Assembly (NCBI GenBank): GCA_964016885.1
Contig: OZ024747.1
Location: 29,016,001-29,080,000 of the forward strand
Direction of reading: 5' to 3'
Source of the DNA: Eledone cirrhosa
Taxonomy: Eukaryota
DNA length: 64,000 nucleotides
The notes under the pieces are model-generated. The model was not told where the DNA came from and made no database searches. It worked only from the letters and a program-made list of their open reading frames with translations. The stretch's first letter is position 1; each line of letters starts with the position of its first letter. The translations under genes were made by a program, and so were the position numbers. This document shows positions 11,905-24,084 of the stretch, in pieces.

Positions 11905-13560
11905 ATATAATAATTATAATAATAATAATGAAATTATTGTGTACAGTGCTCAGGTGCACTACAACTTGTCAAAGGTGCATGTATAGTACATAGAATAATA
12001 TACAAATGTCAGGGAAGTGAATAGTGTATGAGTCATAATATACCTGTGTGCATGTGTATAGAGGGGGAATATTAGGTGTAGTGTTGGCGAATCTCAGAAA
12101 GCATGGAGGTTTTAAAGGATGCAGTGTCTCGACAGCTAATAACTGATGCAGGTAGTTTGTTCCATGCTTCAGCAACTCTCAGCATGAAAAAATGTTTCCG
12201 AAAGTCATGGGAGCTGTGCTGTTTTCTGACTTTGTGGGCATGCCCACGTGTGTTAGACACGTGGAAATCAAAAAGGTACTCAGGGTTGTTGTTGGCAAGA
12301 TGGTTAATAATTTTGTGGGTGTTTACCAAGTCAGTTGCCAGACGTCGGAGCTTCAATGTATCCATGCCCAGGGAAGCAAGGTGTTCAGAGTATGGTAGAT
12401 GCCTGATGGAGGGTATTCACTTGGTTGCACGTCTCTGAACAGTTTCCAGGCGGTCAATGTTCTGAGCAAGATAGGGGTTCCAGACTGGTGATGCAAATTC
12501 TAAGTGTGGCCACACCATATCTATATACAGCTTTAAATAGATAGCTGGAGAGCGGCTGACAAAGGTCTTGCTGAGTGATGCTAAGATACCCTTGGCTTTC
12601 TTGACAATTTTAGAGACGTGCTTCGTCCAACGCAAATCACTGCTGACTGTAATGCCCAGGTCACGCTCACAAGAAGACTTCTTCATTATAGTGTTGTGGA
12701 GGGAGTATGTGGACGTTGGGTTTTTACTCCCAAAATGCATTGTGGTACACTTGTCCACAGCTAGCTTGAGTTGCCAATCTGTGATCCATTGTTGCATTAA
12801 GTCCAGGTCAGATTACAGGCAAGATCAATAGTGTTCAGGATCTGTTCTTTTTATCTCAAGGTACAGCTTGATGTCATCTGCATATTTCAGTACTGTGGCA
12901 TTCTTTAAGTTGGCATCTATGTCATTAATATATGCCACAAACAAAAGGGGGCCAAGAACAGATCCCTGTGGTACACCAGATGACATCTCATATGGTGAGG
13001 AATGCTGTCCTAGAACCGTGACTACCTCTCTTCGATTGAGAATGAAGGACTTCAACCAGTTAAAAAGATCATACTTCACACCCATTGCAGAGAGTTTTGC
13101 CATAAGTCTTTTGTGTGGCACAGAATTGAAAGCTTTAGCAAAGTCAAGGTAAACAACATCCACCCACGAGCCGCCATTAGTGATGTCTTCAAGAAACTCG
13201 ATAAGTTGATCACAGCAGCTGGAGTTAGGGATACATCTAAATTGCGAGGGCCGGATTAGACTGTGAGAGTTCCAGAAGTTTCAAAGCGTTTCTCTGACAC
13301 AGGATTCCATCAGTTTGGCAATGCAGCTAGTAAGACTGACTGGACGATAGTTCACAGGTGATGTGCCGTCAACCTTTTTGAACAGAGGAATGACACTGAC
13401 AGTTTTCCACTGTTCTGGAGTAGCACCGTTGTTCAGACAGAATTGGAAGAAGCGTGATAGCTGGTGCAGAAGGAAGTACCCACCACGTTTGAGAAGCAGG
13501 TACGTAACACCATCAAGACCTGGAGAGGCATGGTTGCGTTTATTTTTAAGGTGACGTCAC
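11905..13560 (-). mobile_element. CR1-clade LINE, 5'-truncated, few disablements
   Basis: RT motifs YRPVSLTS, DVVYLDFAKAF, SGVPQGSVLGPLLF and YADD; C-terminus RGH..K...RKHFF..RV...WNKLP; (att)n tail at ~11910-11930. Confidence 0.9.
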
Positions 13561-13819
13561 ATCATTGTAGGTGTAAATTCCATAGTTGTAATAGAATCCA
13601 ATGTCAGAGGTGGTGGAGACGGTACACTCTGGTCTTCAATATGTGTGTGTGTGTATTTCTACTCAAAATGCATTAAGTAGAGCACGAGAATGTATGTAAG
13701 CGAAATGCAGTACCCCGACCCATTTGAAAGATCGGTAGCTCTGCGAAGACCCGCCCAACCCTTGATATAAGAGAAAACGGATGTTAAAAGATGATAAGGA
13801 TACATACATACACATCCTT

Positions 13820-14565
13820 GGCGTTCCTTACTTTTAGCGGTGTCAAGAATGAAAGTACATTTATTTTCATTTTCAAACGTCGTGTTTACATTTTGTGTGT
13901 GTGTTTAAACGAAACATGCTGGCGACGTAGCTTCTTCTTTGCACGGCTCCATGTGTTCTCTATGAGCTGTGTGTGCACATCAGGGTCCGCAGGATCTACA
14001 AAGTTCCGTCAGTGCACCACAACATCATGAACGTAAATCCCACCTTCAATTTCCTCAATTTCCGAATAGGAAGCCCAACCATCTTGTAATGAGGCTTGCA
14101 GAATGGTGAGCCCATCATTGTCGAGATAGAAGAATCCAAATACTTCCATAGAAAGTATCATCGTAGCCTGTGGAGACAAGGCCACTGGGTCTTCGGCGCT
14201 GTTGAACGCCATTCTGGACGCTGCTGCCTTGTAGAAGTCCCAAATCGAAGCCGTGACACTCTCGTCCCCATCATTCAGCAGGGATTTTGCCAGGCAGCCG
14301 CATCATCTCCGATGGTTGGGCTTCCTATTCGGAAATTGAAGGTGGGATTTACGTTCATGATGTTGTGGTGCACGAACGGAACTTTGTACATCTTGCGGAC
14401 CCTGATGTGCACACACAGCTCATAGAGAACACATGGAGCCGTGCAAAGAAGAAGCTTCGTCGCCAGCATGTTTCGTTTAAACACACACACAAAATGTAAA
14501 CACGACGTTCGAAAATGAAAATAAATTTACTTTCATTCTTGACACCGCTAAAAGTAAGGAACGCC
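13820..14565 (+). mobile_element. Merlin/IS1595-family non-autonomous fold-back element
   Basis: GG...CC termini; 9-bp flanks cacatcctt and tacatcctt. ISXO2-like motifs IVEIEESKYFHRKYHR, WVFGAVER, IISDGWASY and HTQLIENTW. Arms 13820-14083 and 14311-14565 are inverted copies. Confidence 0.85.
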
Positions 14566-14878
14566 TACATCCTTATATAAAATCTATGGCATTATTCATT
14601 ATCAACATGAAATTGGAAGTTTATATTTAGCTTACAACAAACACGAAAGTATTTTGTAAACGAAAGCATTAACAAACAGAATTATACAATAACGAAAATA
14701 TAAAAAAAATTAAATTATCTTTTTAAAAATTTCATCGACATAATCATAATCTACATTATGAAAAAGTATTTCCAAAGTTTCATTTAAAACTATACATTAT
14801 CAATAAAGTTATGAGGAAAGAAAGATTGAATGAGGTTCTAAACTGTAGTTGTGTCACTTAAAAATATGTATATTTTAC

Positions 14879-15008
14879 CTGTTCTGGTGATTTCATTAAT
14901 TCATAAATCAGGGTTTTTAATTAATGTAAAGTATTGTTTAATTAAAACAAATTTAGTTCTTACAGAAAGAAACGCGGAGAATGGTTAAACCGGAAGTGCG
15001 ATTGGTTA
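14879..15008 (-). promoter_or_regulatory. Candidate promoter and non-coding first exon of the ZNF gene
   Basis: ETS/GABP site CCGGAAGTG (14990-14998) next to a CCAAT box (ATTGG at 15001-15005) with local CpGs; minus-strand donor CAG/gtaaaa at 14879/14878. Confidence 0.55.
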
Positions 15009-15944
15009 AGTAACTACCGCTCTCTAACAAATAAAACCACAAAGTAGGTGGTCAGGTCGTAGCGATGGTATGATAATGGAGGCGGTGGTAGCGAAAATGA
15101 TGTTGCTGTTGTATGATCTGGTGCTGAATGTGGTGGTAGTTTTGGTAATAGTGTTGGTGATGGGGGGAGTGTTAGTGATGAAGATAATGGTGGTGGTAGT
15201 ATTGGTGATGTTGATAGTTGTGTTGATCCTGGTCTTGTATCTTGTTGAGAGAAACCAATAATTTAAGACTTTTAGTGATTACATTTTAAGACTGTTTCTA
15301 GAATTTAGTGTTTCTCAGTTTGTGTTAATGTGTTGGCATTCATCAGGATCCAACCTTTGAATCTACCAAATATGAGTTGAGCAAGGTCCAACTAATGAAT
15401 CCACCAGAGATTAGTTGAGCCAGATCCAATCAGTGAATGCATGTGTCAGCAGCATTCACTTGGACGAGCCAAATCTAACTATGTGGTGAAACTGCATTAG
15501 AAATTTTTCAATGGTTGTCTTCGGGTACAGGCATGAATTTAATCATCTTTATCATCATCATTCCATGTCTGCTTTTCTATGCTGGCATGGGTTGGATAGA
15601 TCGTTACAGAACAAGTAAGTATTTATCAGAGCTACTATCCTCCTTGATGGGTCAGATGATTGCACCTCGGTTACATACATTCTATTTTTGAATAGATTTT
15701 AAAGCTGGATGCTCTGCCTAACATCAACCACTTTACTCCTTTAGAATTTGAATTACTCTCTGTATATATACTATTGTACTTTTGTAGTAAAAAGGCTTTT
15801 CCTCATAATTATCTCTCATAATATTGAATCTATGAGATTTTGATATTATTTATTTTGAGAACAATACCTTAACATGAGTCTGAGCGGCCGGTTTGAACAG
15901 AAAGAGGTGAGAGAATTCTGGCTGGTTTAATGTCCTCTCAACTC

Positions 15945-16600
15945 TTTTAGCATGATATTTATTGCTGCATGCCCTTCTTAATCTCAACCACTTCATACAG
16001 TGAAGTGGGCACATTTGTCACAACTGAAGAGTCCTCTCAACCTTTTTGGCAAAATTTCTATGATTGGATGACCTTCCTAATGCCAACCACTTTACAGAAT
16101 GCAGTAAGGGCATTTTATTGTGGAACTATCACTAGGGAGCTTGTGTTTTGGGCACAATTGAAGAGTATTTATAAACCTTTTGGCATAATTTCTGACTAGA
16201 TGCTCTTCCTAACACCAAGCCATATATAGAATGCACTGTGTATTTTGTTGTGACACCATCACTAGTGGCTTGTATCCTCGATACAACAGATATGTCTTCT
16301 CGACACTTTTGGCACAATCTTTACAGATGGATACTCTTCCTAGTGCTAACCACTTTACAGTGTTTACTGAATGCATATTATTGTGGCACCAGCACTAGGG
16401 AGATTGTTGTGTTTTGGGTATTATTGAAGAGTCCTTTCTATCCTGTTGGAATGATCTTTATGACTGTATGTCCTTCCCAACGCTAACTACTTTACAGAAT
16501 GTAGTGAATACATTTTATTGTGTTACCATCAGTAGAGAGTGTTGTGTCGTTGATGTAAATGAAGAGTTCTCTCTACCCATTTGGCATGATTTCTTAGTGT
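15945..16600. repeat. Degenerate ~120-bp tandem repeat, about 5 units
   Basis: Recurring accactttacagaatg...gcattttattgtgg...actagggag...gaagagtcctctc. Confidence 0.6.
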
Positions 16601-16638
16601 TATGAGAAAAACAACAACAAAAGTCATAGATTCTATTT

Positions 16639-16811
16639 TTATTTTTTATGTTTAACTTTAGAGGTGGCAATATGTAACCAATCTAAGTGATATTTCTCAA
16701 ATGATATTTTAGCTGAAGTGGAATCTGGTTTATTGTTGAGGTTCTGTTTTAGTTTATGCAAACTGTTCTCTGTTTTTGAAGGAGATTCTTCTGAGGTCAA
16801 ATCATGTGCAT
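16639..16811 (-). CDS. UBE2U: UBE2U-like terminal coding exon
   Basis: ttattttccag acceptor; (D)AHDLTSEE...ISFEKYHLDWLHIATSKVKHKK*. Confidence 0.82.
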
Positions 16812-19800
16812 CTGGAAAATAAAACAAATTTGAAAAAAGAATGTACAGCCTATTTAATCAATTGTCACTAAATGTGTGCATATCAATAAAATTTGATTAT
16901 TTCAGGTATTTTCTATATTCTATACAAGATATATTAGCATTTCTATAGCAATATTCCTCCTTACATGGAATCATGGTGGTAGTTATTCTCTGATGAGACA
17001 ATAATTTTTAAAATTCAGGTATAAGTATAATTTCTTATATTGTTTTGTGTGTGGAGAAGTAATTGAAAATACTTAGACTCCACATTTCATTCTTTTCACA
17101 TCTAAGGTGTCTAATAAAAAAATAGTTATATCTAATTAAAGTTTCTGTAAAATCTGAGTGATAGCATAAGCATATATGTATATATGTGCATGTGGTGATC
17201 CTGTGATAAACAGGTGAAACTCCAGAGTATCAGGTCACACTATTTTACCTTATCATCATCATCATTTTACGTCCGCTTTTCCCTGCTTTGATATTGAGTA
17301 CTCCTTTCTCTCAGCTGTCAACCACATCAGGATATATATATATATATCACTTAAAATATATGGCAACTAAGCATGTTTTCATTGGTACTCAGAGTTTCAT
17401 GATGGCATTCAATTAATTGTAGCAGATTAATCTACAACCTTTATGAAAAAATATATATGCTTCTGAGGTCTGGTTTACTTCCAGTGCTGAATCACTTTGA
17501 AAACGTGTCCAATGGGCATGAATTCACAACCTTCATGCTCTAATAATTGAACCAAATACTATCTTAAATCTTTTAAAACCTTTTGATAAAAAACTGCCTG
17601 AAATTGGCCCTAGTTTTATGATACAAAACTATTTGTTTTAAAGTGTTTATATTTATCTTTCAAAATTATCTAAAAATCATAGACTGTCTTTCATTAGAAA
17701 TCATCATCATCATCATCATCATCATGCTGAAGATGATTTCTAATGAAAGACACTGTCCATGGTTTTCAGATAATTTTGAAAGATAAATATGATTATGAAA
17801 AGGTTTAATGTAGAATAAATTGTCATGACTTTTGCTGCTCACCTTCAAGTTTCCGGCTATTTAACACACATTCAGAAACAATTCGTTTGTAAACATGAGG
17901 TAGGTTTACAAGTATATTTTTGGCAGAAGTGTTTATGGCATTCTCCAGAATGGGATATGAAAGTAGATTCTAGAATAACGAACATGGGACAGGTATGAAA
18001 TTCTTGTGAAAGGTTTTCAGAAATTTATATCAATTTTAATTTGAACATCTTCCACAGAACCTGTAACCCCTCCATACATTTTAACTATGACTGGTACTCT
18101 ACCAATATTTCTTAGCTATACCTCTGGTACCTTACTAAAACAGTATTTACCAGCTTCTCACAAACCCCTTAATCACATAGCCATGTCCCCCCCCCCCCCC
18201 CTACCAATACTAGCAGCATTTTAGTGTAGCTAGTTCAGTATTTCTCTCAACTGAATTCACATCCATTCTTGCTCATTACAAAAAACATCAGAAGGAAGGA
18301 AATTCATTCATATAACTCTATCTCTACCCTGTACACTACAAACCCCCCGTTCCATTAAAACAAAGATACTAATTTATGCGACTATCTCTACCCTGTATTC
18401 TACAGACTCCCAGTTCCATTAAAACAAAGATACCTGACCCTGCATTCTATAAATTAACCTCGCATCACGTCAAATGATAACGTGGTGGTTTTAGGTTCAA
18501 TCCTTACCTCCCAACAGTCTTGAAAGCTACTCCAAAGAGATCATGGTTACTACACTTTCTCCTCTAAGTAAAAAATAAAATATTCAAGATGACACATTAG
18601 TTTTGTCTTCATTCTCAAAGTGTTTACTGTCAAAATACAATAGTAAATATAGAGTAATCTAAATGCTAAGGAGTTAAAATCAGTAAAAGATTAACACAAA
18701 TTACTTGAATATGTAAAAGGATGTTTAAAATGTAGGCACCCCTTCTTGGGATTGAACTGAAGTCCAGCTGTACATTTCCATTTGTAGGATCAACTGTAAT
18801 GAAAGATTGAATGGTAGGTTATTAATATTTTTAGTTATAGTAGTAGTAATAGTAGTAATAATAATAACAACACCAACAACAGCAGCAACAACAACCTATT
18901 TTTTTATGGCTTACTTAAAGCTATATGAGAAAAAAAGGACGTAAGTTGATTCATTGGTGCAGAGTATTTGGCAGTGTAGTGAAGACATAAAAATGAGTTT
19001 TGGTATAACCAAGTATACAGCAATATCACTTCAAAAGAGCAAGAGAGTAGAATTCAATAGTATCAAACACAGACCTGACATTGTAATGATTGAGAATATG
19101 ACAAATAAGGGTTTCATAATTGACGTAACCTGTCTAGTGGATACTAATTTGGTGGAAAAGTTATGAAATTATTCTGAGTGTAGGGTGAAATAGCAAGGAT
19201 GTGGAATAAAGAGATGCAAAACTCAATATAGAGCATGAGGTGAGTACTCTTCAGAAATCAATGCTTTTAGGGACTGCACATATTCTATGAAAAGTTTTGT
19301 CTATTCTATTAAATGAGAGAAGAGCCATTTGCTCTCCACGTTTTAAACTTATGTTAAGCCTGATGCAGAGTCCTAAATAACCAACAGTAACACCCAAATC
19401 TGTGAAAAGGAGATGATGATGATGGTGATGGTAATAATAATAATAATAATTTCATTTGTACTGTCCTGTGCTGTCCTTAATGTTATACTTTATGTCAAAC
19501 CTTGTGGTTAATAAAGAAAGCATTATTATTAGTCCACACTGTAAATGTGGTTGGTGTTAGGAAGGCCATCCAGCCGTAGAAAACCTGCCAGATAGTCCTA
19601 TATGAACGCGACACAGTCACCTGACCAATCTTGCCTCAAGTGGGACAACTCCCGTCTAACCCATGCTAGCGTGGAAGATAGACGTTAAACGATGATGATA
19701 ATTATCATTATTATTATTATATAATGGAATGTATGGTGGAATGGTAAGATGAAATAGTATGATAGAATGTATGGTGGAATGGTATAATGGAATGTATGGT

Positions 19801-22800
19801 GGAATGATACAGTAGAATGCTTTAATGAAATGGTATGGTAGAATGGTATGGTGGAATGATACAGTAGAATGCTTTAATGGAATGGTATGGTAGAATGGTA
19901 TGGTGGAATGATACAGTAGAATGCTTTAATGAAATGGTATGGTAGAATGGTATGGTGGAATGATACAGTAGAATGCTTTAATGAAATGGTATGGTGGAAT
20001 GATACAGTAGAATGCTTTAATGGAATGGTATGGTAGAATGGTATAGTGGAATGATAAAGTGCAGAATAACTATTAGACTTACTGTTTGGGTGGAATGGTA
20101 TAGTGCAGAACTTGATGTTAGGATCCTTGGTTGTTACGAAGGGGGAAAATTTAATGAATAAAGAGAAAACTCCACCTGAAAGATAACAATAATTAAATGG
20201 TACATTACAAACTGTAGATACTAAGGATAGATTGACAAGGAAACACAACACAAAGGGAAAAGGGCTAAATGTTATAATAGAAGAACTAAAGCAATGTTTT
20301 ATAGCAAAAAGTGCAAAAATCAAAAGATATGAGAGTAGAATTAGCCAATATAGACAAAACTGTATGTTTGATAACAACCAGATGTTATTTGAACAGCTTG
20401 AAAGGGAAGAAAGAGGCAACAATGCTATTCCTGAGGCTGAACAGACCAAAACATTTTGGAGAGGGATATTGGAGCAGGATATTGAGCATAATAAACAGGC
20501 AGAGTGGAATGAGACTGCTAAAAAGGAGGTTATTGAATAAGCACACCAACAATCTGATTTAAGTATCTCGGTTGAAACCCTGAAAAAGAAGGCCAATAAA
20601 TTAACCAACTGGAATTCACCATGTCCAATGGTGTGCAGGCATATTAGACTAATAATATAATACCTCTCCACCCGATACTGACAGTCATGTTCAATGACTT
20701 CTTGGTGTGGGTGAAACACCATATTGACAAGGAGGAGGCTAGCTCACTCTGTAGGATCTGTGGAGAGAGAAAGAGGAAACTGTGGCTCACATCGTATCCG
20801 AGTGTAAACACCTAGCCCAGACTCACTATAAAGGATGGAGGCATGATATAATAGGAAAGGTGATTCACTGGCATTTATGTGAACTAAATAATTTTCCACA
20901 TTCTGAAAAGTGGTATGAGCATAAGCCAGAATTGGTGATAGAAAACGATCAAATGAAGGTGCTATGGGATTTCAGGATACAGACAAACAAGAAATTAGAA
21001 CACAATAGACCTGACCTGGTGGTTTTTGACAAGGAAAAAAGATTGTGCCTGATTGTAGATGTAGCCTGCCCCTTTGACACGAGAGTGCAAGAAAAGGAGA
21101 AAGAGAAAATTAACCGATACCAGGGTTTAAAAAGGATTTGGGATTGTCATGTGATCAAGGTCATCCTGATTTTCATAGAAGCACTAGGTACTATCTTGAA
21201 GAATTTTCAAGGATGGTTAAAGAACATTAATCCAGCCTCCTTTTTTGGAACACTTCAAAAAGCATGCTTGCTGGGAACAGCAAGAACTCTCTGATACGTC
21301 ATGAATATCTGAGGTTGCAGGTAGCAGTTTGATGTTCATTTGAACAAATTTTCCAGTTCAAAAACATCAATGGCTGAGACTCCAAGAAAATCGTCGTCAT
21401 CGTCGTTTAATGTCTATCTTCCATGCTAGCATGGGTTAGACGGGAGTTGTCCCACTTGAGGCAAGATTGGTTGGGTGACCATGTCTCACTCGTATAGGAC
21501 TATCTGGCAGGTTTTCTACGGCTGGAGGGCCTGCCTAACACCAACCACATTTACAGTGTGGACTGGGAGCTTTTTGCCATGTTACCTATACGGCCACATT
21601 ACAGCGTGGACTGTGTGTTTTTTTTTTGTTGTGACACCTACACAACCTCTTTAGTTTGGACTGGATGTTCTGTTGTACCAACATAACTTTATAGAGAAAG
21701 GGTGGTGTTGGCGAGAGTGGGAGGATGGAGTAGGGGTAGTGCGTTGGGGTTAAGAGGTGCCTACTGACTGTAGGTTAACTTTGCACGTAGGGAAGGCGGG
21801 TCTTCTGTATTACTGCATGGCGCCAAAGATCTCGATCTAGTGACATTGTCTTGATGAGGTGCAAGTATGCAAGGTCGGAATTTACCATGTCATCCCAGGT
21901 TTTTCTGGGTCGACCTATTCCGTAACTTCCATCAATTTTGATCACCCTGCACTTTTTTATACAGCTGTCGTCTTTCATGTGCATCACGTGACCATACCGA
22001 CGTAATCTTCTCTCAAGTAAACAACATCTGATCCCTCTTATTCCTAATTTCTCACTTAGTTCATTTATGTTTTGCTGTTCGTGTATATTACTATTACACA
22101 TCCAACGGAGCATGCATACTTCATTCCTTTCCAATCTGTGCAGGTCCTCTGCACACAATGCCCATGTCTCACTGCCATGTAACATTGCTGTTCATATACA
22201 AGCATCATACAATCTGCCTTTCATTTTTAGAGAGAAACCTTTTGTGGCCAACAGCGGTATAAGCTCTCTGAATAATAATAATTTCTTTATTGGCCACACA
22301 TGACTCACATTAAGAAAACATTATAAACAGCACAGGACGGTGTGTTTTTTGTGTGTAAAATAAAATTTATAACAGAGACTAAGAATATAAACCAAACTTA
22401 AATTCCCCAAAAGTGGAGAGATTCCAAGAGTCACTGATAGAGAAAGCCCATAAAAAGCCACGGTCACCGTCTGCTAGGGCAAGAGCCCCCTCACAGTTGT
22501 TCTCAAATCTACAGGTGTATACTCAAGATAGGCCCATCCAAATTTTACATTTAAGTAACATCAATAACTGAGATATCAAATTCATAATAATAATAATAAT
22601 CATCACCACCATCACCATCACAATCATCATCATCACCATCCCCATCTTTACCCTCATCATCACCATCATTATCACCATCATCATTGCCATCCTCATCATC
22701 ACCATCACTATGATGATCATCATCACTGTCTTCATTACCACCACCAACACCATCAGTGATGCCATTCCAGTCAACAATGTTGTTACCACCACTACCATGA

Positions 22801-24084
22801 CAACGACAACAATAATGTAGTTACCGCTCCACATTGTAGCTGGTAACCCTTTTATCTTTGCAATCCATTCGAAAATATTGCTAGGAGAAAGCAGCTTGAC
22901 TTCAATTCCCTGGAAATAAGAAGAAAAAAAATAGTGAAATTAGTTGTAATCATTCCCTATTCTCTAACACTAGCTGATTCTGTAGAAATTTCATGGTTTA
23001 ATTAGAAACAACCATCAAGTATTTAAGATAAATATGACATTTTAATACACAAATAATATATACTGTACTTAATGGCATATCAAATAAATTTAACAAATGT
23101 ATGAAATATCAATATGGTTTCTGATTTAGACACAAGGTCAACAGTTTTGGAGGAAGGGAAAGTCAATTTAATTGATCCCAGTTCGTTACTGGTACTTTAT
23201 TTTATTGACCCCATAAGGATGAAAGGCAAAGCTAACCTTGGCAGGATTTGAACTCAGAATGTAAAGGGCAATAACTCTATGCTGCAAGCATAGTGTCTAA
23301 TGCTCTACCAATTAATGCCCAATCCACTACCCCATTGAAACTACCAATATGGAATATTTTACTCACTTATAATTTTAAGATAAACACTTTTTTAGTGTGT
23401 AGGTTTAAATAAAAATGTTTGGACACCATCACTCTTTCCTCCTCTATCTCTTTCTTTTTCACTCTCTGTCTTTCTCTTGTACACACACACACACACTTTT
23501 TAGAGCCATAAAGACTAGTGAGAAGACAGGCAGTATCTAAGATCCTTTTTAGAACCACAGGGGTAAATACGAGAAAGGCGGAGAGCATCTAAGACCCTTT
23601 TTAGAGCCCTATACTCTAGCAAGAGGAAGTTATTCTCAGATCAGAGACTTGGCATGGGTCTGGCAGTGGTGTTAAATATGGTCATATTTGGTCTAAATAT
23701 GGTCATATTTGGGTGTTAAACATAATTCAGCAATGTGACTGAAATTTGATAGATGGAAACTGTTAAAGCCTGTATGGTTGTTCCTACAAGGCTTTGACAA
23801 AGTTTCCTTGTATAGAATTTCATTCACAAGGCTCTCGTCAACTTGGGGTTATGTTAGAAGATATATTTGAGATGTCATATAATTGAAACCATATAATTTC
23901 AAAGTGAAATTCTGAATCACACAGCTATGTCTGCAGATAAATGAAAGACAAACAATAAAGCCCCCCCCCCCCCCCCCCCAAAAAAAAAAAACTAAACAAA
24001 AGAAAAAAATTGGATATTTACCCATGTGGAAAACTTTTGAATTGCTTTGAATTCTCTCTCTAGTGATGTATTGGTTAACAACAT
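16639..24084 (-). CDS. UBE2U: UBE2U-like ubiquitin-conjugating (E2-fold) protein, 209 aa, active-site Cys replaced by Gln: complement(join(16639..16811,17843..17969,18705..18793,20083..20175,22825..22909,24022..24084))
   Basis: Six gt/ag exons splice in consistent phase to MLLTNTSLEREFKAIQKFSTW-GIEVKLLSPSNIFEWIAKIKGLPATMWSG-GVFSLFIKF...TIPFHPNI-DPTNGNVQLDF...LNILLHIQ-NLLSYPILENAIN...-ISFEKYHLDWLHIATSK. The E2 fold, TIPFHPN and ISFxxYxxxWxxIATSK match UBE2U. Confidence 0.88.
17843..17969 (-). CDS. UBE2U: UBE2U-like coding exon 5
   Basis: ttattctag acceptor, gtgag donor; NLLSYPILENAINTSAKNILVNLPHVYKRIVSECVLNSRKLE. Confidence 0.88.
18705..18793 (-). CDS. UBE2U: UBE2U-like coding exon 4 (active-site region)
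   Basis: tttcattacag acceptor, gtaatt donor; (I)DPTNGNVQLDFSSIPRRGAYILNILLHIQ. Confidence 0.87.
18895..19450 (+). mobile_element. Decayed R4/Dong-like (RLE-type) non-LTR fragment
   Basis: LVQ...SEDIKMSFG..K and RPDIV...FIIDV motifs; (gat)n(taa)n tail. Confidence 0.6.
19532..19698 (+). mobile_element. RTE-tailed short retroelement; inverted near-identical copy at ~21395-21565, another at ~57143-57290
   Basis: ctgtaaatgtggttggtgttaggaagg...cttgcctcaagtgggacaactcccgtctaacccatgctagcgtggaagatagacgttaaacgatgatg. Confidence 0.75.
19720..20060. repeat. Minisatellite, ~52-bp unit built from ~13-bp ggtatggtRgaat subunits
   Basis: gaatgctttaatgRaatggtatggtagaatggtatggtggaatgatacagta, repeated about 4-5 times. 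Confidence 0.85.
20083..20175 (-). CDS. UBE2U: UBE2U-like coding exon 3 (HPN motif)
   Basis: atctttcag acceptor, gtaagt donor; (G)GVFSLFIKFSPFVTTKDPNIKFCTIPFHPN; 93 nt, phase 1-1. Confidence 0.9.
20200..21390 (+). mobile_element. R4/Dong-like non-LTR retrotransposon, RT largely deleted
   Basis: EELKQ...KIKRY..RI.QYRQN pre-RT region, then zinc knuckle CRICG...ETVAHIVSEC, WRHD, and restriction-like endonuclease HNRPDLVV...IVDVACPFD. Confidence 0.8.
21775..22265 (-). mobile_element. RTE-clade LINE ORF2 C-terminal fragment
   Basis: MLHGSETWA...E..MLRWMC...RRLRRYGHVM...GRPRKTW. Confidence 0.8.
22580..22815. repeat. (CAT/CAC)n low-complexity tract
   Basis: Seen directly; similar tracts at ~15060-15230, ~39540-39735, ~40230-40340 and ~58640-58780. 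Confidence 0.85.
22825..22909 (-). CDS. UBE2U: UBE2U-like coding exon 2
   Basis: cttatttccag acceptor, gtaact donor; GIEVKLLSPSNIFEWIAKIKGLPATMWS. Confidence 0.9.
24022..24084 (-). CDS. UBE2U: UBE2U-like first coding exon (exon begins at 24101)
   Basis: ttttttattgtag acceptor, ATG at 24084, gtaaat donor; MLLTNTSLEREFKAIQKFSTW matches E2 helix 1. Confidence 0.8.

Noticed and set aside
15340-15480. Extra 3' exon of the UBE2U-like gene (FISWTL peptide)
   Set aside because: It is part of a short local repeat, has no convincing splice sites, and the gene already stops at 16639.
18705-18790. Alternative frame SYKWKCTAGLQFNPKKGC resembling a chitin-binding domain
   Set aside because: It starts with an in-frame TGA and does not fit neighbouring exon phases; the E2 frame fits both junctions.
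19874-20722. 282-aa minus-strand ORF as one gene
   Set aside because: It is a chance fusion of antisense retroelement, the real 93-nt UBE2U exon and a minisatellite.
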